This document shows, piece after piece, positions 28,480-37,876 of a stretch of DNA of 64,000 bases (positions within the stretch are counted from its first letter, which is position 1; each line of letters starts with the position of its first letter). Under the pieces are notes generated by a model. It was not told the DNA's origin, ran no database searches, and saw only the letters and a list, made by a program, of their open reading frames with translations. The stretch comes from Clostridiales bacterium UBA7011 (GTDB taxonomy: Bacteria > Bacillota > Clostridia > Oscillospirales > Butyricicoccaceae): positions 13,374-77,373 of the forward strand of contig DJXF01000014.1 in assembly GCA_002449635.1 (NCBI GenBank), in the 5' to 3' direction. The position numbers and the translations under genes were made by a program.

Positions 28480-29541
28480 ATGTTAAAGCAAATTCAACAG
28501 GCACTGCGCGGCGCGGATTTCGACGCCGTGCTCATCACAAGCCCGCAGAACCGGCGCTATGCGACAGGATTCCCGTCCTCCGCCGGTGTCTGCCTGATTG
28601 ACGCGAAGGGCGGCTATCTGTTCACGGATTTCCGCTACATTGAAGCGGCAAAGCAGCGGATCGGGGACGGCTTTCAGGTCGAGCAGGTAAAGGGCTCGTA
28701 TGCAAATATGGTCAATGCGGTCTGTGACCGCGACGGTGTGCGCACACTGGGCTTTGAGGAAAATGCGATGACCTGCGGGGATTTCGAGCAGTGGCAGCGC
28801 GCGCTTCATGCAAAGCTGATGCCGATGCGAACACTGCTCAGCAGCCTGCGCGAGGTAAAAGCGCAGCACGAAGTTGACTGCTGCATTGCCGCGCAGCGCA
28901 TTGCCGAGCGCGCGCTGGCCGATGTACTGGAGGAAATTCATGCCGGCGTGACGGAAAAGCACCTCGCCGCGCTTTTGACATACCGCATGCTTGATTACGG
29001 CGGAGAGACGATGTCCTTCGAGCCGATTGTGGTTTCCGGCATGAAGTCATCCATGCCGCACGGTGTGCCGTCGGAGAAACGCATCGAAGAGGGCGATTTT
29101 GTCACGATGGATTTCGGGTGTACTGTCGAGGGCTATTGCTCGGATATGACGCGCACGGTAGCGGTCGGCCATGCCGATGAGGAAATGCGGCGCGTGTACG
29201 ATATCGTTCTGCGCGCACAGCTGGCAGGGATTGCGGCGGCAAAGCCGGGCGCAACCGGACAGCAGGTAGACCGCGCGGCGCGCGATGTCATCGCACAGGA
29301 GGGCTATGGACCGTATTTCGGGCACAGCTTCGGCCACGGAATCGGCTTGGACATTCATGAAACGCCTGTGGCGGCGCCGAACAGCCCTCGTCCGCTTGCT
29401 GCGGGGAATATCATTTCCGCCGAACCGGGCATCTATCTGCCGGGACGGTTCGGCGTCCGCATTGAGGATATGCTCTGCATCACATCGGATGGCTGTCAAA
29501 ATCTCACAAACGCTCCGAAAGAACTGGTAATTTGCAAGTAA
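28480..29541 (+). CDS. Xaa-Pro aminopeptidase (M24, YqhT-like)
   Basis: TDFRY, MPHG, MDFG, YCSDMTRT, HSFGHGIGLDIHE, EPGIY, GVRIED; upstream of efp. Confidence 0.93.
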   Translation: MLKQIQQALRGADFDAVLITSPQNRRYATGFPSSAGVCLIDAKGGYLFTDFRYIEAAKQRIGDGFQVEQVKGSYANMVNAVCDRDGVRTLGFEENAMTCGDFEQWQRALHAKLMPMRTLLSSLREVKAQHEVDCCIAAQRIAERALADVLEEIHAGVTEKHLAALLTYRMLDYGGETMSFEPIVVSGMKSSMPHGVPSEKRIEEGDFVTMDFGCTVEGYCSDMTRTVAVGHADEEMRRVYDIVLRAQLAGIAAAKPGATGQQVDRAARDVIAQEGYGPYFGHSFGHGIGLDIHETPVAAPNSPRPLAAGNIISAEPGIYLPGRFGVRIEDMLCITSDGCQNLTNAPKELVICK

Positions 29542-29545
29542 ATGC

Positions 29546-29574
29546 TTGCAAAAGCGGATGTGATGGGTTAGAAT
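29546..29574 (+). promoter_or_regulatory. SigA-type promoter of efp
   Basis: TTGCAA-17-TAGAAT. Confidence 0.7.
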
Positions 29575-29627
29575 AAGAAGAGATTTATAAAAAAGATTGA
29601 TTACTTTTTTTATTGGAGGACTTATTT

Positions 29628-30188
29628 ATGACCGCAGGCGAATTTCGTAACGGTGTAACCTTTGAAATGGATGGACAGGTTTACCAGGTAGTTAGTTTCC
29701 AGCATGTTAAGCCGGGTAAGGGCGCGGCTTTCGTTCGCACCAAGATGAAGAATGTCATGACCGGTGCTGTTACAGAGCGTTCCTTTAACCCGAACGATAA
29801 ATATGATGAGGCGTTTGTTGAGCGTCGTGACATGCAGTACCTGTACAACGATGGTGACCTGTACTACTTCATGGATATGGAGAGCTATGAGCAGGAACCG
29901 ATCGGCAAGGACATCCTCGGCGATGATTTCCGCTTTGTCAAGGAAGAAATGATGTGCAAAATCCTGTCCTACAAGGGCAAGGTATTTGCCGTTGAGCCCC
30001 CGATGTTTGTCGATCTCGTCATCACGGAGACAGATCCGGGCTTCAAGGGCAACACTGCAACCAACACACTCAAGCCCGCTGTTGTCGAGACCGGTGCGAC
30101 CGTAAAGGTTCCGCTGTTCATCGATCAGGGCGAGAAGATCAGAATTGATACCCGCACCGGCGAGTATCTCGAGCGTGCAAAGGGCTGA
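29628..30188 (+). CDS. efp: Elongation factor P
   Basis: [31 protein letters not shown]; GGAGG RBS. Confidence 0.98.
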   Translation: MTAGEFRNGVTFEMDGQVYQVVSFQHVKPGKGAAFVRTKMKNVMTGAVTERSFNPNDKYDEAFVERRDMQYLYNDGDLYYFMDMESYEQEPIGKDILGDDFRFVKEEMMCKILSYKGKVFAVEPPMFVDLVITETDPGFKGNTATNTLKPAVVETGATVKVPLFIDQGEKIRIDTRTGEYLERAKG

Positions 30189-30245
30189 TTCTCTCAGCAT
30201 CAATCCGCCCGGCGATCTGCCGGCCAGAGAAGGAGGAATGGAACC

Positions 30246-30779
30246 ATGACTGTTACCGAGCGTGTCGCGTATGTGCGCGGCCTATTTGAGGGACTGGAAG
30301 TCAATGTGGAGAAAAAAGAAGGCCGTCTCTTTAAGGAGATCATTGATCTGCTGGGGGACATGGCGCTGTCCATCACCGACCTGGAGGAGGAAAACGAGGC
30401 ACTGCAGGAAGTTATCGACGCCATGATTGAGGATATCTATGACGACGATGATTCCTACGATGAGGAAGATATCCGCACGGATGATCTGGATTATGATCCG
30501 GATACGGAACTGTATGAGGTCGTTTGTCCGAGCTGCGGCGAGGAAATCTATGTGGATGAGCCTGCGCTCAGCCAGGGAAATATTTCCTGTCCTGCCTGCG
30601 GCGAGGAGCTGGAGTTTGACATGTCTTCGCTGGAGAGCGAGATTCCGCTGCATGATTTCCCGGAGGACAGCTTTTCTGACGATGAAATTGAGACGGATGA
30701 TTTTCCGGAAATCGAGTTCGATACGGACGATGAGCCGGAGGACGACGATGATATTGAGGATGACATGGACGACGACTGA
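30246..30779 (+). CDS. CD1247-like acidic zinc-ribbon protein
   Basis: ERVAYVRGL N-terminal helical domain; CPSCG..CPACG; Asp/Glu-rich tail; follows efp. Confidence 0.75.
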   Translation: MTVTERVAYVRGLFEGLEVNVEKKEGRLFKEIIDLLGDMALSITDLEEENEALQEVIDAMIEDIYDDDDSYDEEDIRTDDLDYDPDTELYEVVCPSCGEEIYVDEPALSQGNISCPACGEELEFDMSSLESEIPLHDFPEDSFSDDEIETDDFPEIEFDTDDEPEDDDDIEDDMDDD

Positions 30780-30950
30780 TCGCGTTTTTGCCTGACGCAG
30801 ATCGCATGGCTGCCTGTGCGGCCATGCGATTTTTTTCCGTTCCCGGGAAAGAGAAATTTGCGTGCAAAATTTGGTCAAACCGTGAATAGAAAAAAGCTGC
30901 GGAATGGTGTATGATAAAAATTCCGGAAGAAGGGAAAGGAGGGGAAATGC

Positions 30951-31634
30951 ATGACGCTGGCGGAAGCCATTGCACAGGCGCGCACCGGTCAGGCAGATGG
31001 ATTTGCCTGTCTGTTTCACCATACGGTACCCAATATTGCACTGGCTGCCACTGTGCTCGGCTGCGAACAGACCGGTTCGGTGCTGACGCACATTTACAGT
31101 GACGCGCTGCATGCCGTTTCCTCTCTGCGCTCGCCGAGTGATGTGCGTGTCTGGCTGGGACATATCGCCTATGCTGCCCTTCTCGCGCAGCCGGATGCCG
31201 CGGGAAATCCTCTGCCGAATCTGACAGAAGCTGCTGGGGAGGCGTATCGGGCGATCGCTGTGTTGCCGCGGCAGGAGCGGACCGCATTGCTGCTGCTGTG
31301 TGCGGAGGGGTGTTCTGCGCCCCAGGCGGCAGAGATTCTGTCTGTCCCCGATCTTGAGGTGAAGCGTGCGATGCGGCGCGCACGACAGAGCGTGGCTGCA
31401 CATATGAAGCAGTCGGGATATCGGGACACGTGCAATACCGCCTGGCTCATCGCGCTGTTTGAGGAACTGCGCACAGCGCAAATAGCCGCTTCAGCCGGAG
31501 AGACTGCGCACATTCTCACCTGTGTCCAGACAGGAACAGCATATTTGGAGCCGGAACAGCAGCAAAAAACGGTTTTGCCGGCAGATAAAAACGGCTTTTT
31601 TCAAAAGTGGTTTCGTACCAAACGGTTCGGATAA
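30951..31634 (+). CDS. Divergent ECF sigma-factor-like protein
   Basis: AQARTGQADGFACLF, LRSPSDVRVWLGHIAY (region 2-like); LPRQERTALLL..SAPQAAEIL..VKRAMRRAR (region 4). Confidence 0.7.
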   Translation: MTLAEAIAQARTGQADGFACLFHHTVPNIALAATVLGCEQTGSVLTHIYSDALHAVSSLRSPSDVRVWLGHIAYAALLAQPDAAGNPLPNLTEAAGEAYRAIAVLPRQERTALLLLCAEGCSAPQAAEILSVPDLEVKRAMRRARQSVAAHMKQSGYRDTCNTAWLIALFEELRTAQIAASAGETAHILTCVQTGTAYLEPEQQQKTVLPADKNGFFQKWFRTKRFG

Positions 31635-31709
31635 GCAAATCTGTTACACAGACGGAGCGCGGGAGCACACCTGTGTTCCGTTGTTTTCTATGGATAGGAG
31701 GAAGGAAAT

Positions 31710-32159
31710 ATGTCCAAGACAAAGGAAATTCAGAAGCAGATGATGGAAGCGCTCAAGGCAAAGGACAGTGCGCGCAAGGATGCCCTGTCGCTTCTTCTCT
31801 CTGCACTCAAGGCCAAGGCAAAGGATAAGCGCGCGGATTTGACAGAGGATGAGGAAAATGCCATCATCCAGAAGGAAATCAAACAGACCCGGGAGACCAT
31901 GGAGGCTGCACCGGCAGACCGTGACGATATTCGCAGCGAGTGTCAGCATCGGCTGGAAATCTATCGGGCATTTGCGCCGGAGGAACTGAGCGAGGAACAG
32001 ATTCGTGCAATTGTCCGGTCTGTGCTCGATCAGCTTCAGATTACTGCACCCACGCCGCGCGATAAGGGTCCGGTGATGAAAAATCTCATGCCGCAGGTCA
32101 AGGGAAAGGCGGACGGCAAGCTGGTAAACAAAATTGTCGGTGAAATGCTGCAGGGATGA
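31710..32159 (+). CDS. GatB/YqeY domain protein
   Basis: MMEALKAKD, IQKEIKQ, PEELSEEQI, GPVMK, KGKADGKLVN. Confidence 0.92.
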   Translation: MSKTKEIQKQMMEALKAKDSARKDALSLLLSALKAKAKDKRADLTEDEENAIIQKEIKQTRETMEAAPADRDDIRSECQHRLEIYRAFAPEELSEEQIRAIVRSVLDQLQITAPTPRDKGPVMKNLMPQVKGKADGKLVNKIVGEMLQG

Positions 32160-32407
32160 AACGTCTGATTTTCATAGGCAGGCATATTGTGCCTGCTGCG
32201 CAGCTTTTGTTTGAAAATGATGATCGTTACACGCCGCAGCAGTATGCCAAATGGCCGGAGCTTGAGGTCACGGTACACGAGGACGGTCGGTATGCGGTGT
32301 GGGTCAATCTGATCGACGACGCAGAGCTGCTGCGGGACACGCGGCGGGACACCACACATGTGGTGGAACGGCTTGCGCCCTATGTCGATGAAATCATAGA
32401 GGACTGA
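32156..32407 (+). CDS. Hypothetical 83-aa protein
   Basis: ATGA overlap with YqeY-like gene; coding-like composition. Confidence 0.65.
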   Translation: MKRLIFIGRHIVPAAQLLFENDDRYTPQQYAKWPELEVTVHEDGRYAVWVNLIDDAELLRDTRRDTTHVVERLAPYVDEIIED

Positions 32408-32474
32408 CGGGAAGAATCGACCGATTGCGTCTGCGGTTTTGTGCTACACTGAAGCATAGAGAATTCGGAGGAGA

Positions 32475-32696
32475 ATGGATATGCTTCACTACATTTGTAC
32501 AGCACAGAAGGATGAACTGCAGAATACCTGGTATGGTGTCGCAGCCGTACAGAATGACATCATTCAGGTACACGCGGATCAGCTCACACAGGATGCGCCG
32601 GCGGCACAATTGTTTGTGCGAAGGATGAACACCTGCGGTGCGTCCCTGCTGCACTTTCCTGAATTGATTGACGATTTTCTGGCGCAGGAATATTGA
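32475..32696 (+). CDS. DUF6514-like small protein
   Basis: GGAGG RBS; [20 protein letters not shown] pattern. Confidence 0.6.
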   Translation: MDMLHYICTAQKDELQNTWYGVAAVQNDIIQVHADQLTQDAPAAQLFVRRMNTCGASLLHFPELIDDFLAQEY

Positions 32697-32730
32697 AAAG
32701 GTTATGCGGAACGGTCTTTTCGTCTGCATG

Positions 32731-32776
32731 AAATCGGTGATACTGTAAATGCAAATTACGGTATTGCCGATTTTTT
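32731..32776 (+). terminator. Intrinsic terminator
   Basis: AAATCGGTGATACTGTAA/TTACGGTATTGCCGATTT plus T run. Confidence 0.7.
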
Positions 32777-33009
32777 GTTGTCCAAAGATTGATCTGCTAT
32801 CCGTCAGGTGCACAGCTCCGCAAAATGATGCCAAAACAGGGGTACCGGCTGAACAGGGGAAAAGATTGCGGCCGGGATTCTGTCCATTATAACAATAGAA
32901 CAAACACAGGTGCGCTTTGAAGCAGATGTTGTTGAAATAGATACGAAACCATGGCATAATAAAAGAAACGGGAGGCCACACAATCCCGACAGGAAAGGAG
33001 TGCAGAATT

Positions 33010-33558
33010 ATGCTGCCAATGATTCTTTTAGTCCTTGTTGTTCTGATCGTCCTTTGGGCGGCTGCGGCGTACAACGGGCTGATTCGCATGCGCAATCAGT
33101 GTGACGAGGCGTTTGCAACAATGGATGTTTACCTGAAAAAGCGCTTTGACCTGATTCCGAATCTCGTATCCACGGTCAAAGGCTATGCCAAACATGAGAG
33201 TGAGACACTGGAAAAAATTATAGCAGCACGCGGTGCAAATCATTCCGGTTCGCTGGATGAACGCATGAAGTATGAAAATTCGGTTTCCGGTGCACTGCGC
33301 CAGATCTTTGCCCTCAGTGAAAACTATCCCGATCTCAAAGCAAATACCAATTTTCTGGATTTGCAGGGCCAGCTGAAAAAGGTTGAAGAGGATATTGCCA
33401 ATTCCCGGAAATACTACAATGCGGTTGTCAAGCAGTACAATGACAAATGCATGACCGTTCCGTCCAACATCATCGCAAGCCTTGCGCATTTTGAGCGTCA
33501 GCCGATGTTTGAAGTGGAGAGCACAGAAGAGCGCCGCAGCGTTAACGTGGAATTTTAA
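33010..33558 (+). CDS. lemA: LemA family protein
   Basis: N-terminal TM; YN.LI..RN, LKKRFDLIPNLV, YAKHE, ENYPDLKAN, SRKYYN. Confidence 0.93.
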   Translation: MLPMILLVLVVLIVLWAAAAYNGLIRMRNQCDEAFATMDVYLKKRFDLIPNLVSTVKGYAKHESETLEKIIAARGANHSGSLDERMKYENSVSGALRQIFALSENYPDLKANTNFLDLQGQLKKVEEDIANSRKYYNAVVKQYNDKCMTVPSNIIASLAHFERQPMFEVESTEERRSVNVEF

Positions 33559-33570
33559 GCGGAGGATGCC

Positions 33571-35457
33571 ATGAAAAAAATTGCGGCGCTGTGCGCCGCG
33601 GTGATTCTCCTGGTTTGCAGCACCTTTCCGGCGTTTGCGGACGACGGAGGATTTACGATCACCAATTATCAGGTGGAGGCTGTGCTGCACGAAAACAATG
33701 TTGTGGAACAGACTGAGACGATCGACGTCAATTTCAGCCGCCGCCGACACGGTATCTATCGCAGTCTGCCGGAATATATGTATGTTTCGCGCAGGATTGA
33801 CGGGAAAAAGACCGTCATGAAGTACAGGAACCGGATTAAAGCGGTCAAGGTCAGCGGCGCGCCGTTCGATGTCGACAGTGAGGATGACTTTTGTCTGATA
33901 CGCATTGGCGATGAAGATCGAACGGTCATCGGAGATCAGCGGTATCTCATTTCCTTCCGCTACGTCATGCCGGATGACCGAACGGAAGACAGCGATTTCC
34001 TGTTTTATTCTCTGCTCGGTGCCGAGTGGAACACAACGATTGACCACTTTTCGTTCCGTATGGCCTTTGATAAGCCGCTGCCCAAGGCGAGTTTGAATCA
34101 TTTCCATGTTTTCAGCGGCAGATATGGAGGGGAAACGCAGGAATTCCCCGTTCAATACAACCTCACTGAGACGGAAATTACCGGACAGGCGGACAAGATC
34201 GGGTCCAATCAGGCCATCACCGTGTTTGCCGATTTGCCCGAAGGCTATTTTACCGGAGAAGTGACAACACCATCGAAACCGGCGTGGGTGTTCAGTGCGC
34301 TGACTCTTTTGGTCAGCAGTTACACCATTTTGCGCGCATTGCTGACGCGCCGCAAAAAGCCGGTCCAGACAGTTGAATTTTACCCGCCGGATGGTGTCTG
34401 CAGTGCAGAGGTTGGTTATATCATTGACCACAGCGCAGACAACGAGGATTTGATCTCACTCATTCTGTGGTGGGCGCAAAAGGGATATATTACAATCGAG
34501 GAATTGCCGGATAAAAAGAATCGCCGCGGCAAGCACAGCAGGCTGATTTTGCACAAAGAAAAAAAACTGCCGAATGATGCGCCCGAATATATGAGCACAT
34601 TTTTTAAGGCGCTGTTTGACGGGACTTCAACCATTGACCTGCGCGATCTGGATTCATCCTTTGTACAGGGACTGACCAGTGCCCGGCTGATGCTGCGCAA
34701 AGAGTTTCGGCAGGAACGTGCGCTCTACGCCGGAGAGGGGCAGACGATAATTCTGATTGTTGTTCTTGGGCTGCTGTTCGGGTGCATGCTGGCGTTTTCC
34801 AGCAGCATTGCATTGCTGGAGAATCTGATGTTCGGAATCGTTGCATGCTTTGCATTGATTGTTCTCGGATTTGTTGGACGCGGCGTCTGGTTTTCTGCCA
34901 AATTTTCAACCATGCGAAAAAAGTTAGGGGGAATTGCGGTCATTTTGATTTGTCTCGCTGTAATTGCGGGGCAGGTGCTCTTGAGCAGGTCGGATCATTT
35001 GCTCCCGCTGAATTTGCTGTGGGGCGGATTTGCAGCTGTGGCTGCGGCCGGCCTGTTGTGCGGGCGGATCACACAACCGACAGATTACAATGTCGAGATT
35101 ACCGGAAAATTGCTGGGATTGCGGCATTTTATCAAGACGGCCGAGCTGCCCCGCCTGAAGCTGCTGGTCGAGGACAACCCATCGTATTATTTTGATATTC
35201 TGCCGTATGCGATGGTTTTCGGTCTGACAGATCTGTGGGCGAAGCAGTTCAGGGAACTGGCTGTCAAGCAGCCACAGTGGTATGACGGAGATTGTTCTCT
35301 GTTTGACTATTGGTATTTCAATCATATCATACACCATTGTGTGCAGGAGACAATTATTCATGTCGCAGCAGAAGCGGCGGTTGATGCTGCCGGCAGTTCC
35401 GTTTCCGGCGGATTCTCCGGCGGTGGCGGCGGCGGTGGCGGCGGCGGCAGCTGGTAA
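33571..35457 (+). CDS. DUF2207 membrane protein
   Basis: Signal peptide; HGIYR; ILPYAMVFG; C-terminal GGFSGGGGGGGGGGSW; usual partner of lemA. Confidence 0.88.
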   Translation: MKKIAALCAAVILLVCSTFPAFADDGGFTITNYQVEAVLHENNVVEQTETIDVNFSRRRHGIYRSLPEYMYVSRRIDGKKTVMKYRNRIKAVKVSGAPFDVDSEDDFCLIRIGDEDRTVIGDQRYLISFRYVMPDDRTEDSDFLFYSLLGAEWNTTIDHFSFRMAFDKPLPKASLNHFHVFSGRYGGETQEFPVQYNLTETEITGQADKIGSNQAITVFADLPEGYFTGEVTTPSKPAWVFSALTLLVSSYTILRALLTRRKKPVQTVEFYPPDGVCSAEVGYIIDHSADNEDLISLILWWAQKGYITIEELPDKKNRRGKHSRLILHKEKKLPNDAPEYMSTFFKALFDGTSTIDLRDLDSSFVQGLTSARLMLRKEFRQERALYAGEGQTIILIVVLGLLFGCMLAFSSSIALLENLMFGIVACFALIVLGFVGRGVWFSAKFSTMRKKLGGIAVILICLAVIAGQVLLSRSDHLLPLNLLWGGFAAVAAAGLLCGRITQPTDYNVEITGKLLGLRHFIKTAELPRLKLLVEDNPSYYFDILPYAMVFGLTDLWAKQFRELAVKQPQWYDGDCSLFDYWYFNHIIHHCVQETIIHVAAEAAVDAAGSSVSGGFSGGGGGGGGGGSW

Positions 35458-35471
35458 ATTATCTGAAAATG

Positions 35472-35541
35472 AAGCAGAGCGGCACAAAACGTGCCGCTCT
35501 GCTTTTGTAAAAGAAAGACCGCAGAGCAAGCTCTGCGGTCT
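35472..35541. terminator. Back-to-back terminators between convergent genes
   Basis: AAGCAGAGCGGCAC/GTGCCGCTCTGCTT+TT (+ strand) and A-rich run + AGACCGCAGAGC/GCTCTGCGGTCT (- strand). Confidence 0.8.
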
Positions 35542-35576
35542 CCGACTAAAAACAGTCTAGGTTTTTGACTTGGTGA

Positions 35577-36446
35577 TTAGCCCCAGTACTTCTCAACATG
35601 CTTGCGAGTGAACTCAGCAGCAGTCTTGATGTTCTCTTCGTTGGACAGCTTGTAGTAGTCCGGACGGAAAACTTCCATGGTGCAAACGTCGCCCTCGAAG
35701 CCGATCTTCTTCAGGGTGTCAGCATAGCGCTTGTGATCGAGGCAGTCGCCTTCCAGGCCCGGCCACAGACGCTTCTCGTCGTTGTTGTAAGCAGCGCCGC
35801 ACGGCATATTCTCCATGCCGTTCAGATGCCATACGAAGATCTTCTTGCCGTCAGCCTTCTCAAGAGCCTCAAAGGAAGAAGCCATTGCATGGAAGTGATA
35901 CTGGTCGAGGGTGATGCCTACCAGCGGGCTGTCAACTTCCTGAACGATCGCGTAAGCGTCCTCAAAGCGGTTGATGGACATGGTCGGAGCGCCGCAGAAC
36001 TCGATGGACAGCTTGATGCCGTGCGGTTCAACCTTCTTGACCATTTCCTTCAGAACTGCAACTGCGTCAGCCTTGATCTCGTCGATGGTAGCCGGAACAG
36101 TCAGATCCATGGACGGAACGACAACGATCATCTTACACTGCATCTTGTTGCAGTCCTCGATAATCTGATCGAGCTTAGCCATAACGGCGTCCTTCTCCTC
36201 CTGAGTCTGCTTCATGTTGAAGAAGATCAGAGCGTTGTAGGACAGCATCTTCAGGTGATGGTTCGGATCAGCGAACCAAGCAGCCAGATCGTCGATGGTG
36301 TACTTGCCGGCAGCGATCTCACGATCGAGGCACTCGGACTGAATGTCGATGTAGTCAAAGCCGTACTTCTCGCAAAGGTCGAGGTCTTCCAGAACAGAAT
36401 GATTTTCGCAGAAACGGTTGCAGCCTTCGTTAAAACCAATTTTCAT
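35577..36446 (-). CDS. IolI-like inosose isomerase (AP2/xylose isomerase TIM barrel)
   Basis: KIGFNE, YNALIFFN, IVVVP, SIEFCG, LDQYHFHAM, RLWPG, EVFRPDYY resemble B. subtilis IolI; downstream of iolG. Confidence 0.78.
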   Translation of the reverse strand: MKIGFNEGCNRFCENHSVLEDLDLCEKYGFDYIDIQSECLDREIAAGKYTIDDLAAWFADPNHHLKMLSYNALIFFNMKQTQEEKDAVMAKLDQIIEDCNKMQCKMIVVVPSMDLTVPATIDEIKADAVAVLKEMVKKVEPHGIKLSIEFCGAPTMSINRFEDAYAIVQEVDSPLVGITLDQYHFHAMASSFEALEKADGKKIFVWHLNGMENMPCGAAYNNDEKRLWPGLEGDCLDHKRYADTLKKIGFEGDVCTMEVFRPDYYKLSNEENIKTAAEFTRKHVEKYWG

Positions 36447-36500
36447 GATACGTAAACTCCTTATGAAAGAGAAATATGTTTAATACGTGTGTGAATAAAA

Positions 36501-37517
36501 TTACTTCTTGTAGAAGTCCGGGGTGCCGCCGGTAACAACCTTCTCAGCAACGCCGGAAGTCTGAGACTTAACCAGAGCATCAGCAGTGATGGAAGCAACG
36601 TAGCCGTCCCAAGCAGAGGAACCGCCGGTCTCGCCCTTCAGTGCATGGTCAACCCAGTCCTGAATCTCAACGTCGTAGGAATCCATGAAGCGGAGGATCC
36701 AGTTGTCCTCGATCTTAGTGGAGACGTTGTTTGCGTAGCGTACGGTCGGGAAGGACGGGCACGGCAGATTGATAACGCCGTTCTCGCAGACAACTTCGCA
36801 GTTGATGTCGTAGCCGAAGCCGCAGTTTACGTTAACTTCCAGAACGGTAACGATGCCGCCCTTGGTCTTCAGGATCATAACCTGCGGATCCTTCAGGCCT
36901 TCGTGAGCCTTGGAAGAGGTCTTCGGCATGATGCACTGAACTTCATCCCACTCGTCGTTGATGAGCCACGGCAGAACGTCGATTTCGTGGATAGCGGTAT
37001 CGGTAACAGCCATTGCGGTGGTGTAGCTCGGATCTACGCCGTCTGCACGATGGGTGCACTTAACTACCATCGGAGCACCGAACTTGCCTTCGTCAATCAG
37101 AGCCTTAACCTGATTGTAGCCGCGGTCATAACGGCGCATGAAGCCAACCTGTACGAGGTGCTTGCCGCCTGCGATCTCAGCGTCAACGATTTCCTTGCAC
37201 TCAGCAGCGGTGTTGGTCAGCGGCTTCTCGGTGAATACCGGCTTGCCTGCAGCGATAGCCTGGAGAACCGGATCCTTATGGAAAGCGCCCGGAGTAGTAA
37301 CAACAACTGCGTTTACGTCCGGATCATTGATAGCAGCAGCGGAGTCGGTGTAAACCTTGGTGCCTTCGCCTGCGATCTCAGCGCCCTTCTTCGCGCCCTC
37401 TTCGAATACGTCGCATACTGCAACGACTCTAGCGTTCTTGATTCTGTTCTGAATTCTGTCGATGTGCTGGCGGCCGATCATACCACAGCCGATCAAAGCA
37501 ATTCTCAGTTCATCCAT
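36501..37517 (-). CDS. iolG: myo-inositol 2-dehydrogenase
   Basis: IGCGMIG, EKP, QVGFMRRYD, HR, YTTAMAVTDTAIHEID, GYDINCEV, SAWDGY; GGAGG RBS. Confidence 0.88.
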   Translation of the reverse strand: MDELRIALIGCGMIGRQHIDRIQNRIKNARVVAVCDVFEEGAKKGAEIAGEGTKVYTDSAAAINDPDVNAVVVTTPGAFHKDPVLQAIAAGKPVFTEKPLTNTAAECKEIVDAEIAGGKHLVQVGFMRRYDRGYNQVKALIDEGKFGAPMVVKCTHRADGVDPSYTTAMAVTDTAIHEIDVLPWLINDEWDEVQCIMPKTSSKAHEGLKDPQVMILKTKGGIVTVLEVNVNCGFGYDINCEVVCENGVINLPCPSFPTVRYANNVSTKIEDNWILRFMDSYDVEIQDWVDHALKGETGGSSAWDGYVASITADALVKSQTSGVAEKVVTGGTPDFYKK

Positions 37518-37580
37518 GTCAAAAACCTCCAAATCTTTAGTGTGGAGCTGGGAAATAGCTCCATCTGTTGTTATATCTAA

Positions 37581-37609
37581 AGTATAACGCATAATGTTGT
37601 GCAAATCAA
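37581..37609 (-). promoter_or_regulatory. SigA-type promoter of iolG
   Basis: TTGATT-17-TATACT on minus strand. Confidence 0.7.
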
Positions 37610-37765
37610 TTCATATTTTTGATAAATTGCAAAAAAAATTGTATACTAATGCCAGACAAGTTCCAAAAATTTGACATTTTCGTTCGAAAAATGTGTTCAT
37701 TTTTTAAAAAACACAATATTTCAGAACATTTTTTAATATAAATAGATTTTTTACCGGCGCGTTCG

Positions 37766-37781
37766 CGTGCACGCGTGCACG
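37766..37781. promoter_or_regulatory. Perfect 16-bp palindrome, candidate LacI-family operator
   Basis: CGTGCACGCGTGCACG with central CG in an AT-rich intergenic region. Confidence 0.45.
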
Positions 37782-37876
37782 GAAAAATGTCGAAAAATTA
37801 TACATGTTTTCTGGGGAGGAATGGAAAAAACTGCCCCTTTATACGAATTGCATCGCATAATCGGGGCAGAACCGCA

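Noticed and set aside
35405-35450. (GGC)n repeat as a phase-variable tract
   Set aside because: It encodes the normal poly-Gly tail of DUF2207 proteins and is in frame
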